Assembly (NCBI RefSeq): GCF_009914755.1
Contig: NC_060925.1
Direction: 5' to 3' (one strand)
Length of the DNA stretch: 64,000 bases
Origin: the human T2T-CHM13v2.0 reference genome, Homo sapiens
Shown: positions 1 to 15,662 of the stretch, one piece after another
Layout: each line of letters opens with the position of its first letter
Numbering within the stretch: the first letter of the stretch is position 1
The notes under the pieces: model-generated
The model's database searches: none
What the model saw: only the letters and a program-made list of their open reading frames with translations
Told to the model about the DNA's origin: nothing
Translations under genes and position numbers: made by a program

Positions 1-2275
1 TGTTGGAAATGTGGTCCCAATGCAGCAGTGTTGAGAGCTTTGACTTTGGAAGGTGACTGTGTAATGAAAGCTTGTCCTCACAAATGGATTAATCCATTCA
101 TGAATTAATGGATAAATGGGTTATCAAGGGAGTGGTTTAGTCATCACAAGAGAAGTCTGTTATAAAAGCCAGTTTCCCTATCTCTCATAAACTTCCCTCA
201 CCATGCGACACCCTGCACCACCTCAGCTCTCTGCAGAGTCCCCACTAGCAACAAGGCCCTAACCAGATGTGGTTCCTTGACCCTGGACATCCTAGCCTCC
301 AGAACTGTAATAATATTCTTTTGTTTATAAATTACCCAGTATCAGGTATTCATTTACAGAAACAGAAAACACACTAAAAAAATTAATACCAAGAAGTGGG
401 ACTAATAACAAACACCTGAAAATGTAGAAGTGGCTTTGGAACTGAGTAGTGGATAGAGGCTGGAAGAACTTAGAGAAGCAGTCTAGAAAAAGGCTGCATT
501 GCCATAAACAGCACTAAGGGTGATTCTGGTGAGGGCTCAGAAGAGCAGACTAGAGAAGTCTGAATCTTTTTAATTGCTTAAGTGGTTGTGAACAGAATAC
601 TGGTAGAATTTGGAATAGTAAAGACTTCTGATGAGGTCTCAGACAGAAATTCTTATTAGAAACCGGAATAAAGGCTGTCTTTGTTATAAAGTAGTAAACA
701 ACTTGGCAGAATTTATGGAAGGCAAAATTTAAGAGTGACAAACTAGGATACCTGGCAAAATAAATATTAATATCTAAGCAAAGTGTTCAAGATGCTGCAT
801 GGTTGCTTTTGCTTGCTTACAGTGAGATTTGAGAACAAAGGGATGAGATTACAAAAAACAATTTATAATCAAAAGGGAAGCAAAGCAGAAAGATTTGGAA
901 AAGTCTCAGCCTGGCCATGTAAAGAATGAACCAAGGGTGTGGCCCAGAAACCATTTGCTAAGGAGTTTAGTACAGATAGAAGGGATCATAAAGACAGTGG
1001 AAGAAGACTCCAAAGGCATTTCAGAGATCTTCTAGGTGGCTCATCCCAACACAGGCCCAGAGATCTAGGAGGGCAGAATGGTTTCAGGGGACAGACCCTG
1101 GGTGCCCTTCAAGAGCCCACTACCCAGAACTACCTTGGGTCCCCAAATTTTGGCAAGGAGTCAGCCACCCCAGCTGTGGCACAAGTGACCCCCATTGGGG
1201 CTGTGCCCACTACTCCAGAAGATGTGAGTCATAAGCCTTGGCAGCATCCACATGGCATTAATTCTGCAGGCTTACAAAAAGCAAAAGCTGTGGAGGAATT
1301 AAGATCCATCTTAATTCCAATGGATGTATCAGATGGCCTGGGAGTCTATGCAGAGATTTATCACAGGGGCAAAACCACTGCAGAAGGCCCCTAAAGGGTA
1401 ATGCCTAGTGGAGACATGGGAGCAGGATTGCCACAGGACCCCAGAACTACAGAGCTATCAGCCTGCAAAGCCAGCCTGGGAGAGCTATACTGTAGACTGA
1501 CCCCAGCAAAGTCACAGGGTCAGGGATGCCCAAGGCCCTGGGGACCCAATCCCTGCACCAGTGTGTCCAGAAGGCAGTACATGGAGTCAAAAGATATTAT
1601 TCTCCAGCTTTAAAGTTTAATGTTTGCTCTGCTGAGTTCAGACTGTTTTGAGACCTATTATTTCTGGCCTATTCTCCCTTTTAGAATGGGAATGTATACC
1701 CCATGTCTGTCCAACCATTGTATCTTGGAAGTAAATAGTTTGTTTTGATTTCACAGGCTCACAGGTAAGACTCTGGGCTTTTGAGTTGATGTTGGAATGA
1801 GTTAAGGCGTTGGGGCTACTGGGATGGAATTAATGTGTTTTACATGTGAAAAGGATGTGAATTTGGGGGCCAAGGGCAGAAAGTTATAGTTTAAATGTGT
1901 GTCTAAAAGTTATGTTAGAAACTTGGTCCCTAATGCAATAGTGTTGAGAGGTGGGACTTTTGGGAGGTGACTGGGTCAAGAGGGCTCTACCCTCATAAAT
2001 AAAATAGGTTATCAAGGGAGTGGATTAGTTATCATGAGAGGGGTCTGTTATAAAAGTCAGTTTCTCCATCTCTTGTGAGCACTCCTCACCATGTAATAAC
2101 CTGCTCTACTCCAGGACCCTGCAGAGAGTCCCCCACTAGCGAGGAGATCCTCACCAGATGTGCCCACTTGACCCTGGACTTCTCAGCCTCGAGAAATGTC
2201 AGAAATACATTGCTTCATAAATTACCCAGTCTTGAGCATTCAGTTATACAATAACAACAGAAAACATATTAAGAT
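1..2275 (+). mobile_element. ERVL-MaLR (MST-family) provirus: 5' LTR (cut by window edge, to ~376), internal region, 3' LTR (~1884-2275)
   Basis: Two similar LTR copies, both ending ...ataaattacccagt...acagaaaac. The internal region starts with the typical MaLR motif aaaatgtagaagtggctttggaactg. ORF 939..1394 lies in the decayed internal ORF. Confidence 0.85.
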
Positions 2276-3567
2276 AGTCCCCTAACATCTCCGCTCCCAG
2301 CCCTACGCCACCACTAGTATCTTCATGTCTCTATAGACTTCCCTATTCAGGAGTTTGATAGTGAATGGAATCATATACTGTGCAGTATTTTGTGACTGGC
2401 TTGTCTCACTTAGCATATTTTCAAGATTCATGCATCAGTGCTTCATTCCTTTTTATGGTTGAATAATATTCTATTGTATGGCTATACAACATTTTCTTTA
2501 CCCACTTTTCCATTGATGGACATTTGAGTTGTTTCCACCTTTTGTCTATTATGAATAATGCTACTAGAAACATTTGTGTATACCCTTGTGTGTGGAAATA
2601 TATTTTATTTCTCTTGGGTATATACACCTAGGAGTAGGATTGCTGGTTCATATGGTAACACTGCTTAACCTCTTGAGGCACTTCCAAACTATTTTACAAA
2701 GTGGCTAATTTATATTCCCACAAGCAGTGTATGAGGGTTCTGCTTTCTTTACTTCTAGCACTTGTTATGTGACTCTTTGATTCTAGCCATCTTAGTGGGT
2801 ATAAAGTGAATATTTCATTGTGGGCTTGATTTCAATTTCTCTGATGGCTAACAATGTCCACCATATTTTCATATGCTTTTTGATCATTTGTATATATTTT
2901 CTTGAGAAACGAGCATTCAGATTGTATGATGAATAATTATTTGTCTTTATTAATGAATTGTAAGAGTTCTTTATATATGATAAAAGCTCTTATCAGATAT
3001 ATGTTTCACAAATATTTTCTATTTCTGTGGGTTATCTTTTCACTCTGTATGTGCTTTTGATGCAAACATTTAAAAATTTTCATAAGGTCAAATTTGTCTA
3101 CTTTTTCTTTTGTTACGTATGCTTTCAGTGTCACATGTAAGAATCCTATGCCAAATCCAAGGTCTTACCCCTATGTTTTCTTCTAAGAGTGTTACAGTTT
3201 TAGCTCTTAAATCTGTCTTTAATAAATTTTGAATTAGTTTGAAAATATGAGGTAAGGGTCTAAGTTCATTCTTTTCCAGGTGGCAATCCAGTTATCCTGG
3301 AACAATTTGTTCAACAGAATATCCTTTCCCCATTGAGTGATCTCGGCAATCATAAAAAAATCAGTTGACTTTAGGTAAATGGGTTTATTTCTGAACTCTC
3401 AATTGTATCCCATTGATCTACATGTCTATCTTTGTGCCAATAACACATGATTTTGATTACTATTGCTTTGTAACTTTTGAAACAGCGAAGTGTGAATCAT
3501 CCTACTTTGCTCTTTTTCAGGATGATTTTGGCTCTTCTGGGTCCTCTGTGATTCCATATGAATTTTA

Positions 3568-3959
<392 letters not shown>

Positions 3960-5286
3960 TGATAACAATTGTGTTAAGTTTACAGATCAGTTTGGGGAGT
4001 ATAACGATCTTAACAATAGTAGGTCTTTTGATCATGACCATGGGATACTTTCCCATTGAATTAGATCTTATTTAATTTCTTTCAATAATGTTTTATAGTT
4101 TTCAGAGCATACATTTTGCACTTCTTTTATTACATTTATTCCTAAGTATTTTACTGTTTTTGATGCTATTGTGAAATAAATCATTCTTAATTTTCAAATG
4201 GTTCTATGCATGTGTCTAGAAATACAATTCATTTGCATATTGATCATGTATCCGGCTGCCTTACAAAACTCATTTGCAAGTCCTAATAGTATTTTAGTGA
4301 ATTCCTTAGGAGTCTGTATATATAACATCATGTCATCTGCAAATAAAGATGTTTTTACCTCTTACTTTCTGAACTGGATGCCTTTTATTTCTTTTTCTTG
4401 TCTAATTTACATGCCTAGAACCTCCATGATAATGTTGAATAGCAATGCAAGGACTTGTCTTGTTCCTGATCATAAGGAGATTAAGTGCGATTAAGTATAA
4501 TGTTAGCTGTGGGGTTTTTGTGAATCCTTTGTCAAGTTGAGGAAATTCCCTTCTATTCCTAGTTTGTTGCGTGTTTATATCATGAAAAGATGCTGGATTT
4601 TTTAAGATGCTTTTCCCTTCAATTTTGTTGATCTTTTTAAAGAACCAGCTTTTGTTTTCATTGATTTTCTCTATTGTTTTTCTATTCAATATTTCATTAA
4701 TTTCCACCCAAATATTTTTTATTTCCTCCCTTCTGCTTATTTCATGTTATTTTGTGTTATTCACTCTTTTTTTTCAGTTTCTTCAGTTGGAAGGGTAAGT
4801 TATTTGAGATCTTTCTTCTTTCTAATACAAATGTATATCTACAAATTTCCCTCTAAGCAGTGCTTTAGCTGTATCCCATAAGCTTTGGTATGTCATGTCT
4901 TGATTATCTATCATCTCAGAATATTTTCTGATTTTCCTTTTAATTTCTTCTTTAACTTACTGATTATTTACCTATCACCATCACAATAGTACATTATTTC
5001 TATTAGTGAATATTTTTCTAATGTAGATTTTAATTTCATCAATGATTTTTCATTATATTTTAAGGTTGAATATTTCATTGTGTATATATACCACTTTTTG
5101 TGTATCCAGTCATTTGTGGATGAGGACTTTAGTTGCTTTCACCTTTTAGCTATTGTGCATAATGCTGATATGAAGATGGTTGTACAAATATCTGTTTGAA
5201 ACTCTGCTTTGAAGTCTTTTGATATATACTCCTTCCTGAATCATATAGTAATTCTACTTTCAAGGTTTGGAGGAATCACGATACTG

Positions 5287-5636
5287 TTTTTCTTTCCTTT
5301 TTTCTTTTGAGAAAGGATATAGCTCTGTCATTTAGGCTAGAGTGCAGTGGCACGATCATAGCTCACTGTAGCCTTGAAATTCTGGGCTCAAGTGATTCTC
5401 CTGAGCATCTAGGCATCTAGGACTACAGGCTTTTGCCACCACACCTGGCTAATTTATTTTTTCATTTTCTTATAGAGATGGGGTCTTGCTATGTTGTTCA
5501 GGCTGGTCTCAAACTCCTGACCTCAAGCAATCCTCCTGCCTCAGCCTCCCAAAGTGCTGAGCCTGGCATCAAGCAATCTTCCTGCCTCAGCTTCTCAAAG
5601 TGCTGAGATTACAGGTGTGAGCCACCATGCCTGGCC
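5287..5636 (-). mobile_element. Alu (AluJ-like) with internal 46-bp duplication
   Basis: Alu consensus motifs. Repeated units at 5516-5561 and 5562-5607. Confidence 0.9.
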
Positions 5637-7001
5637 CTACAATACCATTTTTCATAGTGGCCACACCATTTCACAATCCACTAACAGTATGCAAGGGTTT
5701 CAATTCCTCCATGTCTTACCAACACTTATTTTGTTTTGTTTTTTTTAATAGTAGCTGTCATAATAGGTATGAAGTGGTGTCTTACTGTGATTTTGATTTG
5801 CATTTCCCTAATGTTTAGTGATGTTGAGTATCTTTTCCTGTGTTTGTTGGTTATTTGTACATCTTCTTTGTAAAAATATCTAATCAAGTTATTTGCCCAT
5901 TCTTTTAATTGGGCTGTTTCTTTGTTGTCAATTTGTAGTTATTTATATATTCTGGTTATTAGCATCTTATCAAATATATAATTTGCAAATATTTTGTACC
6001 ATCCTGTGGGTTGTTTTTTCACTCTGTTAATGTCTTTTGATAGACAGAAATTTCTAATTTTAATGTAGTCCAATATATATATTTTTTCTTTAGCTGCATA
6101 TGCTTTTGTTGTCATATGCAAGAAATTGTTGGCAAATAATTTCTTTTCCCTATTTTCCTCTAGGAATTTTACAGAGTTAGCTCTTATTTGGGGTCTTTGA
6201 TCCATTCTGAATTTATTTTTGCAGATGGTATAAGGTAAGGATCCAACTTCATTCTTTTCCATGTGGATATCCAGTTGTCCCAACAAGATTTGTTGACAAA
6301 ACTGTCTTTTCTCCATTGCATAATCTTGGCTTCTTTGTCAAAACCATTTGACCATATATGTGAAATTTTATTTCTGGGCCATTCCATTCCATTGGTCTAT
6401 ACCGTATGTTTGTTTTTATTCCACTACCACCCTGTTTGGATTACTATAGATGTGTAATAAGTTTTAAAATCAGGCAGTATGAGACTTCCAACTTTGTTCT
6501 TCTTATTCAAGATTGTTTGGGCTATTTGCATCTCTTGATATTTCATATACATTTTAGGATAGGTTTTTCTACTTCTGAAAAAATATCACTGGGATTTTGG
6601 AGGGAATGTATTGAATCTGTAAGTCACTTTAGGTAGTATTGACAACCTAACACTATTACGCCTTCCAATCTATGAACAAGAAATGTCTTTCTGTTTACTG
6701 GTGTATTCTTTCCTTTCTTTTGTGTTTTGTAGTTTTCAGCATACAAATCTTTGGCCTCCTTTGTTATGTTTATCCCTAAGTATTTTATTATTTTTGATGC
6801 TATTGTAAATGCAATCTTTTTCTTAATTTCCTTTTTGGAAATTCATTGTTAGAAATGCAACTAATTTGTGTTGTTGATTTTCTGTCCTGCAACTTTGCAG
6901 AATTTTTTAGTTGTGTGTGTGTGTATGTGTAATTTTTACAGTTTTCTGCATATAGATCACATCAGAGAGAACTTTACTTCTTCCTTTCCGATCTGGGTGC
7001 C

Positions 7002-7298
7002 TTTTATTTATTTTGAGACAGAGTCTCAGTCTGTTCCTCAAGCTGGAGTACAATGGCGCTCTCTCTGCTCACTGCAACCCTCTGCCTGCCAGGTTCAAGT
7101 GATTCTCCTGCCTCAGACTCCCAAGTAGCTGGGATTACAGGCACCTGCCACGACGGCTGGCTAGTTTTTTTGTATTTTTAGTAGAGACGGGGTTTCACCA
7201 TTTGGCCAGGCTGGTCTCAAACTCCTGACCTCAAGTGATCCGCCTGCCTTGGCCTCCCAAAGAGCTAGGATTAAAGGCATAAGCCACCATGCCCAGCT
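7002..7298 (-). mobile_element. Alu (AluS-like)
   Basis: Full antisense Alu. Imperfect TSD gggtgccttttattt / ggatgctttttattt. Confidence 0.93.
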
Positions 7299-7440
7299 GG
7301 ATGCTTTTTATTTCTTTTCCTTGCTCAGTTGCCCTGGCTAGGACTGCCACTACTATGTTGAAGAGAAGTGGTAAAAGCAGGCATCCTCCTTTTGTTCTTG
7401 GACCTTAGGAGAGATGCTTTCAGTCTTTCACCATTGGAGA

Positions 7441-7622
7441 AAATATACATATATAATAAATATTTTCACCATTGGAGAAAATAATTTTATATATATATAA
7501 ATAAATGAAATATAGTTTGTGTGTGTATATATACATATGCATATATATTTAAATGCATGTATTCATATATATGTGTATATACACACATAAATAAGTGAAA
7601 TACATATGTGCAAATATATAGT
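7441..7622. repeat. (TA)/(CA)-rich low-complexity repeat
   Basis: Runs of tatata/catata. Duplicated tttcaccattggagaaaat nearby. Confidence 0.7.
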
Positions 7623-8704
7623 ATTTGTTTAATAAAATGAGAGTTGTTTTAGTTTTCCGCCATTATATGTAAAGGTGCTATGAACATTCATGTAGTAGTG
7701 TTTATATAAACTTATGCTTTCTTTTCTCTTGGTAAATACCTAGACATGGAATAGCTGGATGATATAGTAGGTATATTTTAACATTTAATAAGTTGACAAA
7801 TAATTGTTTTCTATTTTCCATGTCTACCAGCCATGTGAGAGTTTTAGTTCCTCCACATACTTGTCAATACTTGATATGATCAGTCTTTTAATTTTAGCCA
7901 TTCTAATAGGTACTTAGCAGTATTGTATGGTTTTTAATTAATACTGATCATCTTTTCATGTGCTCCCATGCTATCTGTTTATCTACTCTGGTGAAGTGTT
8001 AGCTCAAGTATTTTGCTAATTTTTAAAAATTGGGTTGTCTCAATATTGCTTTGAAGGTTGTTTATACATTCTAGTTATAAATATTTTATCAAAATATGCT
8101 TTGTAAATAATTTTCCCCATTGTGTCACATTTCTTTGCATTCTGTTATCAATGTCTTTCAAAGAGAAAAAGTTTTAATTTTGATGAAGTCCAATTTATGA
8201 ATTTTATCTTTTATGGACTCTGCTTTTAATGTCCCATCTAAACAAATGCTGAACCCATTCAAAATTATATATTATATGCTTTTCTGTATATATATAATCA
8301 TTTGATTAAAAGTTTAAAAGAGTCAATTCTTAATTATGAATCTTCTAGTAAGGCAAAATAACTGACTTTATGACAAATAATTTTATTGTATTTTCAAGAC
8401 TATATTGCTGACAACAGTGAAAGATAGTTGTAATGTATATAATTAATACCATAAGCAAATAGTTCTTAAGGTCATGAATAGACTTTTCTCATTCCACTCT
8501 AATATTCTTCTTATCAATAACTAGTTATAGGAGCCAAGTGTCAATATTATGTTGTATGGAATAATATGTGGTAAAAATTAACAAAATCAGTATTTCAAAA
8601 TTATGAGTGATTATCTGAAAGCAGCATATTTTCTATCTTTAACATTTCAATTGAGTTTTTCACAGTGCCATTTTCAAATAAACTCAGAATTCTAAGAATA
8701 TTAC

Positions 8705-8879
8705 CTGTGTTGTCTTTATATTGGGATTTGGTTTTTCTACAGTTTTCAGTTCAGGTGGAATAAGCACGGTTTTGGACACAGCCATTCTGCTTTGATTTGC
8801 ACCAGTATATCCTTTCACTGAAGTTGCTTTCATTGTAGCAAAAAAGCTAATAGACTTCTTTGGTTGTGTGGCATTGTTC
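8705..8879 (-). CDS. DNAI4: DNAI4/WDR78 (dynein axonemal intermediate chain 4) coding exon 2, 175 nt
   Basis: Acceptor ttcttatatag|G and donor CAG|gtaa. Encodes (L)NNATQPKKSISFFATMKATSVKGYTGANQSRMAVSKTVLIPPELKTVEKPNPNIKTTQ. Phase fits exon 1 (170+175=345 nt). Confidence 0.95.
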
Positions 8880-9410
8880 CTATATAAGAAAAATAAAATA
8901 TAATGCAAAGGATTCAAGATTGAAAAGAAAAATCAACCAACAATAAAAAAGTAGATTTCCTGTAAAAACATGTGAACAATCTAAACATATAACAAGAAAT
9001 AATGATAACTATTTGAAATCTTATTATGTATAAACATAGTTCTAAAGAGTTGGCATATATTACATCACTTTCTCCTCATAATTCCAAGAGGTTGCTATTA
9101 ATATTATTTTATATAAAGCCACAGAGGCTTTAAGGGGAAACATTCCTACAATGGTTGAGATTTGAACCCAGGCAGTCAGATCCTAAGTCCATGCTGACTT
9201 CTCTGGGTCTTAGTTTCTTTGTCTGCAAAATGAGGATAATAACAGTACTTAACTCATCGGTTATTATGAGGATTAAATAAATTAATTTTTGTATTATGGT
9301 TAGTAAGTCCCTGGCACATAGTAAGCACACATGAGTGTGTAGTGCAGTTACATAGGCAGATTTAAACATGATTAATAAAGCCTGAGAAAGAATAGCGTGT
9401 TCCTTCCTGA

Positions 9411-9720
<310 letters not shown>

Positions 9721-11650
9721 CTTTTTAATAAGAAGAGAAGTTACAATCAAAATATTTATATCCATGAAAAAATATTTTTTCACTTTTGGATTTACCCTGT
9801 AAATTCCTTAAGACAAGGACTTACCTTATCATTTTATTCCTTCTAGTACTCTGTAATATGGATTTCTATAAAATGGGGATGAGCCTCCCTGAGATTATAA
9901 AAATATGCTTCCAAAGAAAACATTTTAAATAATACATTTACTTTTTAAATCATAAAAAATCTGACAAGAATAAAATATTTTTAAATAACGATCAATCCAG
10001 TTTTCATATTTTATTTTTCTTCATAGCATTTATCGTTACTTGACATTTTGTTGTTGTCCACCCCTCTGCAGAATGTAAGCATGTTTAGGGCAGGAACTTT
10101 GTCTTGTTCACTGCTGTATCCCTAGCACCCAGCACAGTGCCTAGTATACCATGGACACTTAATAAATATTTTTAAAATATATGAGTAAATGAATTCCATT
10201 TGTGCACTATTTCAAATTTACATTTAAGTATCCTACCCTATTCTCCTTCTATCTCTAAGGACTTAACCCCCAACATCTCTAAAAAAAAATAAACTATCAT
10301 TCATGTAAAAATTCCTTCAAATTATTTCACCACCTCCTTTAAATTCTTCTCCCACCTCCTACAAACTCACTTATCTCTTTTTTCCTTTCTCAGTAAAAGA
10401 GTTGCCATTCTTATCTAAGACTAACCTTTTATGTGAACTCTGAAACTTGTCACTGGTGTCTCAGGGACTCTTCTCCATCCATAATTCCAGGTCTCCTATC
10501 TTATTTTTTTCTCTTTTCCCTGTGAGCATAAAATTATGCCCCAATCATCTCCTCAACTTGAAAATCCTTCCTTTAACTATGTCTTCCTCTACCTATTACT
10601 ATATCTCTCCTTCCTTTCAGTCCAACTTCTTAAAATGTTAGTCAGTAATACTGCCTACTACATGACTTCTCTTTTTGCTCTGTAACTACAATGTAGCTTT
10701 ACTCTTTCTTCTTCAGCTGACCATTCCTTCTTAAAATTGACTTCTCAGATTCGTTTCTGTCATACCACAGACTATTCTTCAACCTCCTTGAGACCTCTAA
10801 TCACCTGACCTTTCCATTTCTACCAAATAATCAGAACATTTTAGATTTCTCTTTTCTCTATTAATCTTTAATCCACAATTTATCAATTGAGTCACTCTTT
10901 TGCCATTACCTTCAACTCTCTCATTCTCTTCCTCCTTAACATTTTGCCCTACTATCCTTACAAAATCCGGTCCTCCCATTCCCTTTTCCTTTGAGCTCCC
11001 CTTTTACAGATTACGTTTAGGCTCAAATCTTAGTTACCTGATTTCTCACTATATACACTATCCCTGAGTAAATTCCATGGTTTCAATGACCACAAGTACT
11101 CTACTTTCTTATGGCATTTACCTTTCTCTTCTACCATCCTCTGAAGATTTCATATCCTAAGTCACTGGCTCTATCTCTAATAGCTACTTCTGGCATAATT
11201 CTTGAGCATTTCAATATCCATGAAGGTAATCCTTCAAATACCCTGACCTCTTAGCTCCTTGAAATCTTCTCACATAAATGATTTTACCTGCCTTGCTACT
11301 TCAGACACTTACTCCCATGGTCATACATGTGGCTTTTGTTTTTAGAAGGTCAATCAGCATTTCCTATTTTTCCAGCTTATATACCCTCTCAAACTCCAAT
11401 CCTTCAACAATCCTTCGACCCTATTATGACCTTCAGGCCCTTGATTCTACCATGCTTTATTCCTCTACCATCTTTCTCATGCCATCTCTTCCCTCTTGAG
11501 GTTATGGTTAGTTACTTTAATTGATAGTTAATTATTATAATCATTCTTTACTTACATTCTTACCATACCTTTCCCTTCATTTCAGCATACTTGCTGGCAA
11601 AACCAAAATCATGGTTATTTCCAATTATCCTCTTACTTTGAGCCTATACC

Positions 11651-12172
11651 TGTATATTAACCATGTTTATAGTGTCTGTAAATTTGATACTGTAACATCT
11701 GACCTACATGCATGGGTCAAACACATGCCCTATTCTGGACAACCTGATGCTATGCCTAAGTTACCTTGTCTTGGCCTCTGGCCTCTCTTCTTGCCTCCCA
11801 TCCTCTTTACTAAGAGGAGTCCTCCTCCCAGGCATGCACTTGTCAAATGCAAACTAAGCAATCCAGAATCCACACCATTATGGGGTTTTTACACTCTGTG
11901 CCACTATACCTGTCCTAATCACCCCATGGCCAAATCTCAGACCAAGAGGGGCAGCTCCTGTGCCCCAGAACCTACTGAGATTATTCAAAGTAGCTAATCT
12001 TAAAGTTGTCTATGCTGCTTCACTCATTACTTCTGGGTAGTCCCCTGTGGTGTGGTGGGCCCCCTCTTCCTTGGAACTGTGAATAATAAACTATTTTTTC
12101 AATGGCAATGACTTCCTATCTATTAGACTAACTATACCCTAAATTTTGCAATAATACACTATATTTTAACTC
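11651..12172 (+). mobile_element. ERVL solo LTR (MER74/MER73/MER54-like)
   Basis: Starts tgtatattaaccatgttt. Contains aatccaga, ttattcaaa...aatct and an aataaa poly(A) signal. Confidence 0.6.
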
Positions 12173-12786
12173 AACCTGTGCAGCTAAATGAAACTGGAAG
12201 AAAAATACCCAACTATGATGACAGGTCTCACTTTAAATTATGGGTCATTAACTTAATCAAGGTCCTTAATGTGCCAGCAATCTGTATTTTCTTGGTCCAT
12301 TTTTTACTACACTCTTTAAGGCTATCTTATACCTTCTCTTTCTTCAAATATGAAAACCTCCTCTCACATTTTCACTCTCAGCCATCTGAATGAGAAAACT
12401 GAAGCAATCTGGTAACTTCTTCATACTCCCACTGTCACATCTATGCACTTGCCTATATCTGTGCCTATATTCTCTATTTTTTTCTTGTTACTCTGAATGA
12501 ATTCTCTATTATTGCAGTTCAGGTCACTCCCTCTACATGCATACCAGATTCCATTTTTCTGCCTATTCACGGACATTGCTCTAGCAGTTCTCTCTCTGCA
12601 TCATAAGTTTTTCTCTCTCTATTGGATAATTACCTTCAGCATGTAAACAAGCTGTTATTTCTCCCATCTTAAACAAACAAGAAACTTCTCTTTACTTCAC
12701 CTGTCTTTCCAGCTATCAGTCATTCATGTTTCCTTTAATTACAGCAAACCCTTGGGAAAAATCTCCTATTTATTGTTGCCACCTCT

Positions 12787-12790
<4 letters not shown>

Positions 12791-12838
<48 letters not shown>
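12791..12838. repeat. (AC)24 microsatellite
   Basis: Pure AC dinucleotide run. Confidence 0.98.
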
Positions 12839-12841
<3 letters not shown>

Positions 12842-13581
12842 CTCTCTTGAATAGAGTCTGATCAGGTTTTTGCCCTTATCATTCCATCAAAAGGATTATT
12901 ACCAAGGTCCAATCACCTCCACAATACTAACTCTAATAATGGTCATTTCAATGTTTTCATCTTTCTTATCTGCAGCATTTGACCCAGCTGTTTATTCTTT
13001 TCTCTTTTTTTTTTTTTAACTTGGATCGTAGGACACTCTCTTTGCTTGGTTTTCCTCCTCCCTTTTCTGTGGCAATCATCCTTGCACTTCTCTTTTCTAT
13101 TTACATTCATAGTCTGGTTAACTCATCTAATGCCATGATTTAAAAGTAATCTATGTGAAAATTATTCCCAAATATATGTATATCTCTAACTAGACCTCTC
13201 CTCTGTATATCTGCTTGCCTACTTGACATCACTAATGGAAACTTAGCATGTCCAAAACTAAGTTCCTGACATTAACCTCCACCACCACCACCACCACATC
13301 ACCCTCACCCCATCCAGCAAATCCACTCCTCTTGCACTCTTCCCTATTTTTGTTAAGGGCAACTTTACTCTTCCAGTTGCTTGGGTGAAAAAAAATTTCA
13401 AAATACATCTGGAATCCATTCATTTGTCACCACTCTTGTTGCTACCATCCTGGTCCAAACACTATCCTATCTCTCTTGGATTATTGCAATAGCCTTTCGC
13501 TTCATCTTCCTACTTAACCTTGATCCCCTAAAGTTTATCCTCCACGTAACAACCACAATGACCTCTTTAAAACACATGTAA

Positions 13582-13782
13582 GGGTTGGGCACAGTGACTT
13601 ATGCCTGTAATCCCAGTACTTTGGAAGATTGAGACAGGAGGATTGCTTGAGGTCTGGAGTTCAAGGTTACAGTGAGCTATGATTATGCCACTGTACTCCA
13701 GCCTGGGCAACAGAGCGAGACCCTGTCTCAAACAAATATAGAACAATAAGATAAAATAAAATAAAAATAAATAAAATAAAAT
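13582..13782 (+). mobile_element. Alu monomer (FAM/FRAM-like) with A-rich tail
   Basis: Single ~150-nt Alu arm followed by (taaaa)n. Confidence 0.85.
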
Positions 13783-14364
13783 ATGACTACTCGAAATCCT
13801 TCATTTACCATCCCATTCAGAATAAAAGCCTAAGTCCTTACTATGACTTAAAAAATCTTACATGCATACAGCTAGGCCTCTGATTTCATCTTTCGTGATC
13901 TCTTCCTTGTTTACTCTGCTTCAGCCATAGTGGCATCCTTTATATTCATGCTGGGCACATTTTCATATCAAAGACTTGAATTTATGTTTCCTTTGCCTGA
14001 AATGCTCTTTCTCATACAGGTACATACTTAGCATCCTCACTTTCTTTAGGTCTTTAATGAAAAACTACCCTCTCCCCACCTGCCCTAATCACTCCATGGC
14101 CAAATGCCAGAACAACAGGCGCAGCCCCTGTGCCTCAGGCCTTCCGTGGCTTCCCTTTCTAAAATGTCAAAATTCTCTCTCAAGTACTTCATATCTTCTT
14201 GCCTTATTTTTCTCCTTAGAACTTTTTACTATCTAACATAGTATATCTTTAACTTATTTATCTTGTGAATCAGTTATTGCTTCCCCTTGGAATCTAAGTT
14301 CCATGAGGGTAGGAACTTTAGGCTCTTTCATTCCCTGTTGTATCCCTAATGCTTACAACAGTAC

Positions 14365-15175
14365 CCAAGTGTGGAAAAAACATAAACTGTTTTTGCTCTG
14401 CTCTCAAACCACAACAATCAATACAGATTTCTGTGGCCAAATGCGTAGGGTTTCTCCCCACACACCAACTAAACAATCAGTTCCGCAGTGGATACCATCT
14501 GGTTGTCCTCCAATTCAATTCCAGCACTATCTACCTGAAGATAGTCTCAGATCCTACAGGCAGAGAGCTCAGTCCCATAAGACTACCTCTGACTTCGAAT
14601 GGCAGTTGAAAAAATAGGTTGTGGCCTGTTTCTGAATGACCTGCTATAAAATCAGGGTTCCCACAACCCTCTCCTTGGGTTCAGTTAATTTGCTAGAGTG
14701 GATCACAGAACTCAGAGAAACACTTACTTTTACTGGTTTATTGTAAAGTATATTGCAATGGATACAGATTAAAAGATGCATACGGCAAGGGAAGAGCCAG
14801 TAGCTTACATGCTCTCTCTGGGCACACCACCTTTTAGAAACCTCCATGTGCCCAGCTATCCAGAAGCTCTCTGAACCCAGTCCTTTTGGTTTTTATGGAG
14901 GTTTTATTAAGAAGGCATGATTGATGAAACTGTTGGCTATTGGTGATCAACTTAACATTCAGCCTCTTTCCCCTCCCTGAAGGTTTGGTTGGTGAGGCTG
15001 AAGGTCCCAACCCTATAATCATGCTTTTGTCTTCCAGATGACTAACCCCCATCCTCAAGCTACCTAGAAGGTACTAGTCATGGTCAACTCATTAGCATAC
15101 AAAAAGACAACACTCTGGAGATTCTAAGGACCATTTGATCAAAGACCAAATAAATATTTATTTTACAATATCACA
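14365..15175 (-). mobile_element. MER21-type solo LTR inserted into the L2 3' end
   Basis: Ends ...gaccaaataaatattta...acaatatcaca (reverse complement of the MER21 start). gtac flanks both sides (14361-14364, 15176-15179). Confidence 0.75.
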
Positions 15176-15359
15176 GTACATAATACAGTGGCTGTTTAAT
15201 ACATTTATTGAAACAATGAATAATCTCCAAATCATTATATCCAACTCAAAATATTGCCTTACTCTTCATACTTGTGAAGGAAGGAGTCAAGCTGAGAAAT
15301 GCTCAGGATAAACCTGCCTTCCATTCTATTCAAAGTCATCCCTCTGCTCACTGAGATAG

Positions 15360-15662
<303 letters not shown>

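Larger units (their letters stand above)
11100..14364 (+). mobile_element. Long decayed L2 element, interrupted by an LTR, a microsatellite and an Alu monomer; its 3' tip continues at ~15176-15222
   Basis: L2-like motifs: cttagcatgtccaaaactaagttcctga, gattattgcaatagcct, ccatgagggtaggaac, and the 3' end ...catttattgaaacaatgaat. Confidence 0.7.

Noticed and set aside
939-1613. 151-aa and 70-aa ORFs as a possible gene
   Set aside because: They lie within the decayed MaLR internal region between two LTRs.
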